The notes under the pieces: model-generated
The model's database searches: none
What the model was told of the DNA's origin: nothing
The model's input: only the letters and a program-made list of their open reading frames with translations
Program-made: the position numbers and the translations under genes
Shown here: one piece after another, positions 29,795-38,662 of the stretch
How the letters are laid out: each line of letters starts with the position of its first letter
Position numbering within the stretch: position 1 is the stretch's first letter
Origin: an uncultured Rhodospirillaceae bacterium
GTDB taxonomy: Bacteria > Pseudomonadota > Alphaproteobacteria > UBA8366 > GCA-2717185
Assembly (NCBI GenBank): GCA_913044215.1
Contig: CAJWOT010000002.1
Location: 1-49,688 of the forward strand
Length of the DNA stretch: 49,688 nucleotides
Reading direction: 5' to 3'

Positions 29795-31138
29795 CTAAAA
29801 GCCCCGGAACAGAATCGTCGGCAACCAAAGTGCTAGATTCGGCATCGCCAGCACGAATGCCAAAACCACCATGTGCAAGAAGATAAACGGCACAACCCCT
29901 TTGTACATGTGCATCAGAGTGATCTCCGGTGGGCTGATACCGCGCAAGTAAAAGATAGCGGGCGCCATCGGCGGTGTCAGATAGCTTGTCTGGATCATGA
30001 TCAGGAAGCAAATAGAGAACCACACCTTCACAGAACCCGGATCCAGTTCGTAGAACGGGAAACCAACAATGATAGGCATAGCGATCGGTACGACGATTAG
30101 CATCAATGAGATCAGGTCCAACACGAAACCAGCAGCGAACGCCAACAATAGTAAAATCGCCAAGGTTTCCCAGTTGTTCAGCTGAGCCGCCTGCATCAGT
30201 TGTTGAACGCCAATCAACCCACCGGCAGCGGTAAATACACCCGCAAACATTGTGCCGCCGATCAGGATCAACAGGATCATTGCCGTAATTACGACAGTTT
30301 TATAAAGCGCTTCCTTCATGACCGCCACGGTAAGTGTGCGGTAGCACAAGCACATAATGACTGATCCCACAGCACCGCATCCAGCGGCTTCAGTCGGGGT
30401 CGCAAGGCCTCCTAAGATAGAGCCCAGGACCGTTGCGATCAGTAACGCCGGTGGGATAAGGGCGGTCGCCGTCATAGTCAGCTTCCGCATGAAGGGCGGA
30501 TCGTTTTCGTCTGCGGTTACGCGCGGGCCGTCTTCGGGCCGGATTATGCAGCGACAAATGATATAGATGATATAGCTGCCCGCAAGCATCAGGCCTGGCA
30601 GGATCATACCGGCGAACAGATCGCCGATTGACACGTCCGCGACGGGACCGAGAATGACCACGACAACCGACGGCGGGATAATGGTACCCAACGATCCACC
30701 GGCGCAGATCGTGCCGGAAATCAGCGACTTGTTGTAGGCGTATCGCATCATCACCGGAATCGCGAGTAGCCCAACGACAGTTTCGGTTGCGCCTACGATA
30801 CCCGTGGATGCAGCGAACACGACACATAGCAAAACCGTGCCAACGGCCAAGCCGCCGGGCAATCGTCTCGTCCACATATGTATCGCTTCAAATAATCGTT
30901 CAGCAACACCCGAACGCTCAAGCAACGATCCCATAAATATGAATAACGGAACAGCGCCTAGCACGTAATTTGAAGCGACATCGTCTACTTTCGCTAAGTA
31001 AAGTGCAACTGCGGCTTCATTGAAGCGAATAACCCCCCAAACAAGTGCAACACCCATCAGGGAAAACGCCACAGGAAATCCCATAAACAAGCAAAATAGC
31101 AGCGCCGGGAACATCCATAACGCAAATTCGACACTCAT
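29795..31138 (-). CDS. TRAP transporter large permease subunit (DctM family)
   Basis: MSVEFALWMFPALLFCLFMGFPVAFSLMG... is about 447 aa and polytopic. The ATG at 31136-31138 overlaps the dctQ stop by 1 nt (TAATG). Confidence 0.9.
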   Translation of the reverse strand: MSVEFALWMFPALLFCLFMGFPVAFSLMGVALVWGVIRFNEAAVALYLAKVDDVASNYVLGAVPLFIFMGSLLERSGVAERLFEAIHMWTRRLPGGLAVGTVLLCVVFAASTGIVGATETVVGLLAIPVMMRYAYNKSLISGTICAGGSLGTIIPPSVVVVILGPVADVSIGDLFAGMILPGLMLAGSYIIYIICRCIIRPEDGPRVTADENDPPFMRKLTMTATALIPPALLIATVLGSILGGLATPTEAAGCGAVGSVIMCLCYRTLTVAVMKEALYKTVVITAMILLILIGGTMFAGVFTAAGGLIGVQQLMQAAQLNNWETLAILLLLAFAAGFVLDLISLMLIVVPIAMPIIVGFPFYELDPGSVKVWFSICFLIMIQTSYLTPPMAPAIFYLRGISPPEITLMHMYKGVVPFIFLHMVVLAFVLAMPNLALWLPTILFRGF

Positions 31139-31839
31139 TATTCGAAGCCTCCCGGCAGATCTGGTTCTGGTACAACACGGCCCATGAGGACCAGAATGCA
31201 CTTCAAAGCTTCAACAACCACTTGAAGGGTGAACAAATAGAAACCGAAGGTGAACGTAAATTTAAACGGCCATATCAACGGGTTCCAGGCCGATTCCCCA
31301 GATTGCTCGTTAAATTTATAGGCCTCGATAAAATATTCAAAAAGGCCCCACGAAACCCAAATAATCATTGGTAATAGTAGGAAAATATACCCTGTCAGAT
31401 CGATTAACGCCTTCTGCTTCTCAGAAACACTATCGAAAAAGAAATCCACCCGGATGTGGCGGCGGAGCTGCGTGCAATAGGCAATCCCAAGCATAAGACT
31501 GGTGCCCATCATCATGTAAGATACTTCAAATGCCCAGAAGGTCGGCGCTCGGAATGCGTATCGCATAATAACTTCGTAGACGATTAGCATTGCAAGAAAT
31601 GGAATTATACAGCCAGCAATAATTCCAAAAACTTTCACCATCTTTTCGATTGGTCGAACGAAATTAAATACATCACGCCCGATAAACGCATGTGCTAAGC
31701 CCCACAAGGCATAAAGAGCCGTAATGTAGAAAATTCCGACTAATACTCCGAGAAACCAGCCGTGTCCCTTTGGTTCACCCGAAAGGATCAACGAATGCGT
31801 TTCCGACCATACGCTAAGTACCGCGTCCATTACCCACAT
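31138..31839 (-). CDS. TRAP transporter small permease subunit (DctQ family, long form)
   Basis: It has four or more hydrophobic spans and lies between the DctP and DctM genes. The start could be 31839 or the ATG at 31830. Confidence 0.8.
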   Translation of the reverse strand: MWVMDAVLSVWSETHSLILSGEPKGHGWFLGVLVGIFYITALYALWGLAHAFIGRDVFNFVRPIEKMVKVFGIIAGCIIPFLAMLIVYEVIMRYAFRAPTFWAFEVSYMMMGTSLMLGIAYCTQLRRHIRVDFFFDSVSEKQKALIDLTGYIFLLLPMIIWVSWGLFEYFIEAYKFNEQSGESAWNPLIWPFKFTFTFGFYLFTLQVVVEALKCILVLMGRVVPEPDLPGGFE

Positions 31840-31917
31840 CCAATTTAGAATTACATAAACGGAATAAAGGGGGAGCGCTCTTCACGCTCCCCCTAAATTG
31901 TTCTTCTAATAATCGGT

Positions 31918-32994
31918 TTACTTAAGTATGTCGCCGATTGCCGTGCGCGTACCCGGACCTGAACGCATCTTCGAATATACGCTCATGTCATGCTGGAACT
32001 TACGCTGGTGGTTCAATGCCTTCTTGAACCATGCATTGCCCTCGATCTGCTTGTCCGCCCACTCGTTGCCGGCCTTCTGAGCGGCATCGATGAAGGATTG
32101 CTCCAAGCGAAGCATAGTATTGCCACCCTTCGCCATACGACGATACGCGAACAGATCGTTATAGGCGTGATTACGCCATGCACGGAATGTCCGCAGTTCA
32201 CCCGCCAGTTCGATTAAATGCTGGTCGCGTTTAGAAATTTTATCCCAAGCTTTTTTGTTGAATTCACACTCTTGTGTGGCACCCGGTTGATGCACGCCCG
32301 GGAAAATAATGTATTTCGCAATTTTGTGGAAACCTACCGGCTCATTCACCGAAGGCGAACTCCACTCCGTGGCGTCGATAACACCGCGTTCCAGCGCCGG
32401 ATAGACTTCCGCACCTGGCAGAATAACCGTTGTGGCTCCAAGGGAACCACCTACCTCTGCCCAAGCACCAGCCGTCCGCTGTTTAAGGCCTTTGTACTCG
32501 GCGAGATTGGTAACCTTGCGTTTAGAGTGCAGAAATATTTCTGCTGGGAAGGTACCACATGGAATCGACACAACACCGAACTTTTCCATCCGATATTGTT
32601 TCCACAGGTCAACGCCGCCAGCTTGATATAGCCACAAGAAAAACTCTTCTTCCGTCAAGCCGCCAACATAGCCACCGAAGATAACAGTCGTCTTATCGAT
32701 CCCCCAGTCGTAGCCCATCCAATTATGGCCAGCCTGGCCTACACCGGATTTAACAGAATCCGTAACCTTAAGAGCCTTACCCAGCGTGCCTGCCGGGAAA
32801 ACCGTAATGTTAACTCGACCCTCCGTCAGGTCTTTCACGACTGCTGCAAAAGATTTTGCGTCTTCAAGAGGCTTACCGCCGCCCCAAGGTGTCGCCATGC
32901 TCCAGTTGGCTTGTGCGAGAGCCGAGCCGGCCATCGCCATCATGCCCAGACCGGCGGCCGCGCCGACCGCCGTTTTGATGACATTTTTTAACAT
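31918..32994 (-). CDS. TRAP transporter substrate-binding protein (DctP family)
   Basis: The signal peptide is MLKNVIKTAVGAAAGLGMMAMAGSALA, followed by NWSMATPWGGG.... GGGAGGA lies upstream of the ATG at 32992-32994. Confidence 0.85.
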   Translation of the reverse strand: MLKNVIKTAVGAAAGLGMMAMAGSALAQANWSMATPWGGGKPLEDAKSFAAVVKDLTEGRVNITVFPAGTLGKALKVTDSVKSGVGQAGHNWMGYDWGIDKTTVIFGGYVGGLTEEEFFLWLYQAGGVDLWKQYRMEKFGVVSIPCGTFPAEIFLHSKRKVTNLAEYKGLKQRTAGAWAEVGGSLGATTVILPGAEVYPALERGVIDATEWSSPSVNEPVGFHKIAKYIIFPGVHQPGATQECEFNKKAWDKISKRDQHLIELAGELRTFRAWRNHAYNDLFAYRRMAKGGNTMLRLEQSFIDAAQKAGNEWADKQIEGNAWFKKALNHQRKFQHDMSVYSKMRSGPGTRTAIGDILK

Positions 32995-33433
32995 TTGGTC
33001 CTCCCTGTTATGGACTGGTTTGAGACTAAAGGTAGATTCTGCTGCCTCCACCTCATTCAGGAAATCACTTGCAGGCCCACCTCAATCCCTGGCCGCGAGT
33101 GTTCACCATTGCTGAAAATTGGTCAACCTTGTCGCGCTCTTCCCAATGCCAGCCCATTTCTTATTCCAAAATTCGGGGCCGCCCGGTGCGCGACGCACTC
33201 TCCCCTGTGATTATTTGCCCGTACAATACAAGTGACATATGAGAACGACAAGACGTTAGCACGAAACCATTTTTATCAGTCTGAAACCCTGCCTGCGCCC
33301 CGCAATCGCAAATTTGTTACAGCTCGGCGCGACAGTGTTTAAAGTCTGTTCACCAGCTACGGCCCTACGCGCCATATGGAGAACGGCCGGAACGGTGCCC
33401 AGAAAAGGCGACGTTCAACCCCGAGGAGGCGAT

Positions 33434-34540
33434 ATGAACGACAAGGCGAACACCGCCAGCGACATCCGGATGAAAGGCAGCGGTTACTATTCGCTCGCCA
33501 CGACCGGCGCGAAGATCGTCATCGACAGCGCCATGCCCCTGATCCGCGGCGCCCTGGACAGGATGGATATCCGAGATGACGGCTCCGTCTTCGCGATGGC
33601 CGATATGGGATGCGCCGACGGCGGCACCTCGATCGATATGGTTGGCCAAGCCTTGCGGTACGTGCGTGAGAAGGCACCGTCCCGACCTCTGACCATGACC
33701 TATACCGACCTGCCGCGGAACGATTTCAGTCAGGTCTTTCACAATGTCCACGGCCTGACCGACCTGCCAGGCTACGCGCCGGATATCGACAATCTCTACG
33801 TCTTCGCGTCCGGCACCTCGTTCCATCAGCGCATCTTCCCGGACAATGCGCTTAATTTTGGCTTCTCCGCGACCGCCTCGCATTACATCAGCGAACGCCC
33901 CGGCCCGATCACAAATCACGTCCATATGGTCGGTGCCGAGGGGGCGGAGCTGGCCGCTTATACGGAACAGGGCCGCGCCGACTGGGAGCGCATTCTCGGG
34001 TGCCGCGCAGCGGAGCTGGTGCCCGGCGGGGGGTTGGTCTTGCTCAATTTCTGCCGCGACGAGAAAGGCCGCTATCTCGGCGGTACCGAGGGCGTGAACA
34101 TGTTCCACACCTTCGATCGTCTGTGGCGGGAGATGGCCGAGGACGGCGCGATTACCATGGCAGAATATGAAGCCACGGTCTTCCCGCAATATTACCGCGA
34201 CATCGATGAATGCAGCGCACCGCTGACCGATCCCAACTGCCCCGTGCACAAAGCCGGCCTTCGCCTAGATCACATCGAAACCAAGGTGATCGATTGTCCC
34301 TACCGGCTCGACTACGAGCAGCACGGCGACGCGGCCAAATTCGCCCGGGACTATATCCCGACCCTGCGCTCCTGGAGCGAAAGCGTCTTCTTCGCCGGCT
34401 TGTCAGAAGACCGGCCGCTGGAAGAACGCGCCGAACTTATCGATCACTATTTTGATTCCTACGGGACCTTCGTGCGCGAGAACCCGACCGGCCAAGGCAT
34501 GGACTATGTCCACACCTACATGGTCATGCACAAGGAGTAA
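33434..34540 (+). CDS. SABATH-type (Methyltransf_7-like) SAM-dependent carboxyl methyltransferase homologue
   Basis: Collinear matches to plant SAMT/JMT motifs run over the full length:
- RMKGSGYYS (plant HMKGGxGxxSY)
- ADMGCADGGTS (ADLGCSSGPN)
- TDLPRNDFSQVF (NDLPGNDFNxxF)
- SGTSFHQRIFPDNALNFGFSATASHYIS (GSFYGRLFPxxSLHFxxSSYSLHWLS)
- AAELVPGGGLVLL (EEVVPGGRMVLT)
- FPQYY (IPQYTP)
GAGGAGG lies upstream of the ATG at 33434. Confidence 0.8.
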   Translation: MNDKANTASDIRMKGSGYYSLATTGAKIVIDSAMPLIRGALDRMDIRDDGSVFAMADMGCADGGTSIDMVGQALRYVREKAPSRPLTMTYTDLPRNDFSQVFHNVHGLTDLPGYAPDIDNLYVFASGTSFHQRIFPDNALNFGFSATASHYISERPGPITNHVHMVGAEGAELAAYTEQGRADWERILGCRAAELVPGGGLVLLNFCRDEKGRYLGGTEGVNMFHTFDRLWREMAEDGAITMAEYEATVFPQYYRDIDECSAPLTDPNCPVHKAGLRLDHIETKVIDCPYRLDYEQHGDAAKFARDYIPTLRSWSESVFFAGLSEDRPLEERAELIDHYFDSYGTFVRENPTGQGMDYVHTYMVMHKE

Positions 34541-34554
34541 CCGCGCGGCCCCGC

Positions 34555-35415
34555 TCAGCCCGCGGCTATCTTCTCCGCCACGCGCACGGTGCGATACATC
34601 GTACGCAATACGGGCTTTTCGATCAGTTTGTTGTCGAGCACCACAAGACCGCTGTCGCCTTCCTCGAAGGCGGCGATAACCCGGCGTGCGTGGGCAACGG
34701 CCTCTTCAGATGGGCTGAAGATCGCGTTCAACGGTGCGATCTGCTTGGGATGGATAGACCCCTTGCCGGTGAAGCCGAGCTCCTCAGCAAGTTGTGCCTC
34801 GCGTTCCATCCCTTCCATATCGTCGAGATCGAGATAAGGCACATCGATCACATCGAGGCCCGCGCCGGCGGCGGCATGAACGACACGCGAGCGGGCATAA
34901 AGCAACGTCTCCCACCTGTTCGCCGCGCGCAACTCCGCCGCCATATCAACGCCACCGAAGAACATCGCATCGATCCGGCCACTCGATTGGGCGATGTCGT
35001 AGGCGGCTTCAAGGCCCGCATTGGTCTCGATGATAACGTGCAGGCGGGTCAGCATATCGTGCTCGGTCAGCAGTTCGTCCAGTGCCTTCACCTCATCCGG
35101 TGACACGACCTTGGGCAGCATCAGCGCCGGCGGCGCTGTCACGGCGGACACTGCCGCCTGCACGTCGGCCATTCCGTCGGCCGTGCGCAGGCAGTTGATG
35201 CGGACGATCCGTTCGACGCCGTCTTTCGCCTGCGGCGTCTCGAACAGCTTCATCGTGCGCTCGCGGGCGTCCTGCTTATGGTTCGGCGCGATCGCATCCT
35301 CAAGATCGATGCAGACAATATCCGCGCCCGTTGCCAACGCCTTGGGAAACATGTCCGGACTGACGCCGGGCATGAATATAAAGCTGCGGCGCGGCTGAAA
35401 CTCTTCGTTGTCCAT
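34555..35415 (-). CDS. HpcH/HpaI aldolase / citrate lyase beta (CitE)-like acyl-CoA lyase
   Basis: RRSFIFMPGVSPDMFPKALATGADIVCIDLEDAIAP is a CitE/malyl-CoA lyase-type N-terminus. The protein is 286 aa. Confidence 0.8.
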   Translation of the reverse strand: MDNEEFQPRRSFIFMPGVSPDMFPKALATGADIVCIDLEDAIAPNHKQDARERTMKLFETPQAKDGVERIVRINCLRTADGMADVQAAVSAVTAPPALMLPKVVSPDEVKALDELLTEHDMLTRLHVIIETNAGLEAAYDIAQSSGRIDAMFFGGVDMAAELRAANRWETLLYARSRVVHAAAGAGLDVIDVPYLDLDDMEGMEREAQLAEELGFTGKGSIHPKQIAPLNAIFSPSEEAVAHARRVIAAFEEGDSGLVVLDNKLIEKPVLRTMYRTVRVAEKIAAG

Positions 35416-35418
35416 GCT

Positions 35419-36618
35419 CTACAATCCGAGAACGGCTTTGGCGATGACGTTGCGTTGGATCTCGTTCGACCCGCCATAGATCGATGCGGCGCGCCGCAGC
35501 AGCCGCTCGCTCATCAATCCGACGCTGTGGTCCGGGCCGACCGGCGGTTCGTTCGCGTCGGGCCGCACCATGCTGGCATCGTAGGGCAGCGCGTAGAAAC
35601 CCATCGCTTCGACGAGCAATTCGTTAAGCTCTTGTTCGATGGTTGTCCCGCTGATCTTGAGGGTCGACGATTCCGGCCCCGGATTTCCGCCGCCGGCAAG
35701 CGCCGACATCATCCGCAAATTGGTGATCTCCAGCGCGGAGAGCGAGACCTCGACTTTCGAAATACGCGACTTGAACCCATGATCGTCGAGCAACGAACCG
35801 CCCTCGGCACGCTCGATCTCGGCGATCTGTTTCAGCTTCTTCACCTTCTGCTTCGACTTGCCGACCCCGGCGATCCCGGTCCGCTCGTGACCCAGCAGGA
35901 ACTTGGCGTAGGTCCAGCCTTTGTTTTCTTCGCCAATGCGGTTCTCTACCGGCACCCGCACATCGTCGAAGAAAACTTCGTTCAAGTAATGACCGCCATC
36001 CATTGAGATAATCGGCTTCACCGTCAGACCCTTGGTCTTCATATCGATCAAGAGGAAGGTGATGCCTTCCTGCTTCTTGACGTCAGGGTCGGTCCGGGTG
36101 AGGCAGAAGATCAAATCCGCCTTATGCGCCTGCGAGGTCCAGATCTTCTGGCCGTTGACGACATACTCGTCACCATCCAGTACCGCGCGGGTTTGCAGCG
36201 AGGCCAGATCCGAGCCCGAGCCCGGCTCCGAATAGCCTTGGCACCACAACTCGTCGCCGGAAAGAATGCTCGGCAGATAGCGGTCTTTCTGCGCCTGAGT
36301 GCCGAAAGTGTAAATAACCGGCCCGACCATGGTAATCCCGAATCCGCTGATCCGCGGCGCATCATTGGCGCTGTATTCCTCTTCGAAGATATGACGCTGG
36401 GTTACAGACCAACCGGTGCCGCCATACTCCACCGGCCAGGCCGGCGCGATCCAGCCACGCTTGTACAGCGCCTTGTGCCAGGCAACCATGTCGGACTTGG
36501 AGACGTAGGACGGCGTCCGCCGCACGACCTCGCGCACCGTTTCCGGCAGGTTTTCCTTGAAGAAAGCACGCACCTCCTCGCGGAACGCCAAATCTTCGTG
36601 GCTGAACAACATGTCCAT
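35419..36618 (-). CDS. Acyl-CoA dehydrogenase family protein (PimC/FadE-like large-subunit type)
   Basis: WCQGYSEPGSGSDLASLQTRA, NGQKIWTSQAHKADLIF and ISMDGGHYLNEVFFDDVRVP are present. The protein is 399 aa. The gene lies 3 nt upstream of the CitE-like gene. Confidence 0.85.
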   Translation of the reverse strand: MDMLFSHEDLAFREEVRAFFKENLPETVREVVRRTPSYVSKSDMVAWHKALYKRGWIAPAWPVEYGGTGWSVTQRHIFEEEYSANDAPRISGFGITMVGPVIYTFGTQAQKDRYLPSILSGDELWCQGYSEPGSGSDLASLQTRAVLDGDEYVVNGQKIWTSQAHKADLIFCLTRTDPDVKKQEGITFLLIDMKTKGLTVKPIISMDGGHYLNEVFFDDVRVPVENRIGEENKGWTYAKFLLGHERTGIAGVGKSKQKVKKLKQIAEIERAEGGSLLDDHGFKSRISKVEVSLSALEITNLRMMSALAGGGNPGPESSTLKISGTTIEQELNELLVEAMGFYALPYDASMVRPDANEPPVGPDHSVGLMSERLLRRAASIYGGSNEIQRNVIAKAVLGL

Positions 36619-36663
36619 GGGATCGTCTCCTTCGAACTCGGTCTATTCGTAAATTAGCAGCCG

Positions 36664-37617
36664 TTACTCGGCGGCATAGGCAAGAATCGGCTGACCAAGT
36701 AACGAGCTGGATTCCCGACCGTCAACACCCACCGGCACGTCACCCACCAAGGTGACGCGATAAAGCTGGCGGTCCGCATCAATCTGAAAGATATCGGATG
36801 GCGCCAGATGGCAGGTCGAGCGATTGTCCCAAAAGGCGATATCACCGGCCTTCCAGCGGAACCGCACCGTATAATCCTGACGCACCGCGTGTTCCCACAA
36901 CAACTCCAGCAGTTGCTCGCTCTCGCGCGGCGCCAGCCCGACGACCTCTTTCAAAAAGGACGGGCTAACATAAAGGGCCCGTTCGCCGGTTTCCGGATGC
37001 ACACGGACCAGCGGATGTTCGCTCTCCTGTCCCCGGGTGCGCAGCATCTCCTTATAATCTTCGGAGGATTCCGCCCCCTGCGGCGGCGCGAATTTGTGCA
37101 CGCCGCGTAGCGTGTCGACGAACCCCCGCAGCGTGTCCGACAGACCGTTATAGGCCGCAACCAAATTGGTGAATTGGGTATCGCCGCCATAGGGTGGGAT
37201 GTTCACACCGCGCAGAATCGATGCCGCCGGCGGGTTGATCGCCGCCGTGATGTCAGCGTGCCAGCCGGTCCAGGGTTTCTCCATCTTCGCGCCGGTCTTG
37301 TAGCGATTCGCCTTGCGGTGCTTGGCGATGGAGTAAATCTCCGGATAGTCCTCTACATTGCCAAACACGGCATGCCCGATCGTCAGTTCACCGAACTGTC
37401 TTGCGAAATCCAGGTGCTGATCGTGATCGAGATGCTGATCGTGGAAGAAAATCACCTTCCATTTCAGCAGAGCGGCACGAATCTCCTTCACCGCCTCGCT
37501 GGACAGCGGTTTTGTCAGATCGACACCACCGATTTCCGCACCGATATTAATCGTGACCGGATTGATTTCGATTTCCTTCGGTGCATCGGCCAATTCGAAT
37601 GCTGCCACGTTGCTCAT
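36664..37617 (-). CDS. TauD/TfdA-family Fe(II)/2-oxoglutarate dioxygenase, paralogue 1
   Basis: The HxD motif is in WTGWHADIT, and the distal His is in DNRSTCHLAP. The start is the ATG at 37615-37617 (MSNVAAFELAD...). The upstream part of the 410-aa track ORF is read-through into paralogue 2 in another frame. Confidence 0.85.
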   Translation of the reverse strand: MSNVAAFELADAPKEIEINPVTINIGAEIGGVDLTKPLSSEAVKEIRAALLKWKVIFFHDQHLDHDQHLDFARQFGELTIGHAVFGNVEDYPEIYSIAKHRKANRYKTGAKMEKPWTGWHADITAAINPPAASILRGVNIPPYGGDTQFTNLVAAYNGLSDTLRGFVDTLRGVHKFAPPQGAESSEDYKEMLRTRGQESEHPLVRVHPETGERALYVSPSFLKEVVGLAPRESEQLLELLWEHAVRQDYTVRFRWKAGDIAFWDNRSTCHLAPSDIFQIDADRQLYRVTLVGDVPVGVDGRESSSLLGQPILAYAAE

Positions 37618-37633
37618 ATCGTCTGTCCTCCTT

Positions 37634-38551
37634 CTATTCCGCCGCCCAGGCGGTAATCGGGTCGCCCTCGATCGCCTTTGAAGGCGTGCCATCGACCCCG
37701 ACCGGCACGTCGCCAACCAAGGTGATACGGTAGAGCTGCCGCTCGCCTTCGACTTCAAATATATCGGTAGGCGCGTGATGGCATGCCGCCCGATTGTCCC
37801 AGACAGCGATATCGCCATCGCGCCAGCGGAAGCGCACCGTGTATTCCTGGCGTACGGCATGCTCCCACAACATTTCCATGAAATACTGGCTTTCACGCGG
37901 CGTCATGCCAACGATTTCCTTGAGATAGGACGGGCTGACATAGAGCGCCCGCTCGCCGGTCTCCGGATGCACCCGGACGATTGGGTGTTCGCTGACCAGT
38001 TTGCGGCGCTTGAAATAATCTTCATAGGCTTTCGTGCCGGGCTCCACCGCAGGCGCCGCCGTGTAATGAAGCCCGCGCAATGTATCGACGAAGGCGCGCA
38101 GCGTTTCCGACAATCCATCGTAAGCTGCCGCCAGATTGGTCCATTGCGTGTCGCCGCCATAGGGCGGCAGGGTCACCCCTCGCAGGATCGATATGGCCGG
38201 CGGGTTGATCGCCGAAGTGATGTCGGCGTGCCAGCCCGTCCAGGGCGCGACCATCTTCGGAGCACCGAACTGGTTTGCCGCGCGTTTCTTGGCGATCGAA
38301 TAGATTTCCGGATAGCCGTCGATATGGCCGAACACCGCGTGACCGATGGTCGGCTCGCCCAGCTGTTTGGCGAAGGCGAGGTGGCTGTCGTGGTCGATGT
38401 CCTGATCGTGGAAGAAAATGACCTTCCATTTCAGCAACGCCGCGCGAATTTCCTTGACGGTATCCGCCGACAGCGGCTGGGACAGATCGACGCCACCGAT
38501 TTCCGCGCCGATATGAATGCTGAGGGGGTTAACGTCGATGCTCGACGCCAT
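37634..38551 (-). CDS. TauD/TfdA-family Fe(II)/2-oxoglutarate dioxygenase, paralogue 2
   Basis: It has the same motifs (WTGWHADIT, DNRAACHHAP). A hand-aligned N-terminal block has 51 of 64 residues identical to paralogue 1. The 3' end is 16 nt from the paralogue 1 start. Confidence 0.88.
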   Translation of the reverse strand: MASSIDVNPLSIHIGAEIGGVDLSQPLSADTVKEIRAALLKWKVIFFHDQDIDHDSHLAFAKQLGEPTIGHAVFGHIDGYPEIYSIAKKRAANQFGAPKMVAPWTGWHADITSAINPPAISILRGVTLPPYGGDTQWTNLAAAYDGLSETLRAFVDTLRGLHYTAAPAVEPGTKAYEDYFKRRKLVSEHPIVRVHPETGERALYVSPSYLKEIVGMTPRESQYFMEMLWEHAVRQEYTVRFRWRDGDIAVWDNRAACHHAPTDIFEVEGERQLYRITLVGDVPVGVDGTPSKAIEGDPITAWAAE

Positions 38552-38662
38552 GGGTCTTACTCCTGAAACTTACTGAGACCATGAGAACCTTTAGCGCAAT
38601 GCTAGTGCGAACAGCCGTGCTTCACAATTGTTGCGGCTAAAAAGTCGCAGCAAAGCAACAAA

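Noticed and set aside
36664-37896. The 410-aa version of TauD paralogue 1, apparently overlapping paralogue 2.
   Set aside because: The N-terminal 93 codons are an alternative-frame read-through of the 3' end of paralogue 2. The TauD homology starts at the ATG at 37617, which aligns with the start of paralogue 2.
38552-38662. The AT-rich 110-bp spacer between ubiD and the TauD operon, with the 8-bp palindrome ACAATTGT (38624-38631), considered as an operator or terminator.
   Set aside because: The palindrome is short enough to occur by chance. I could not build a convincing hairpin or a -35/-10 pair. It probably holds a promoter for the TauD operon, but I cannot support specific coordinates.
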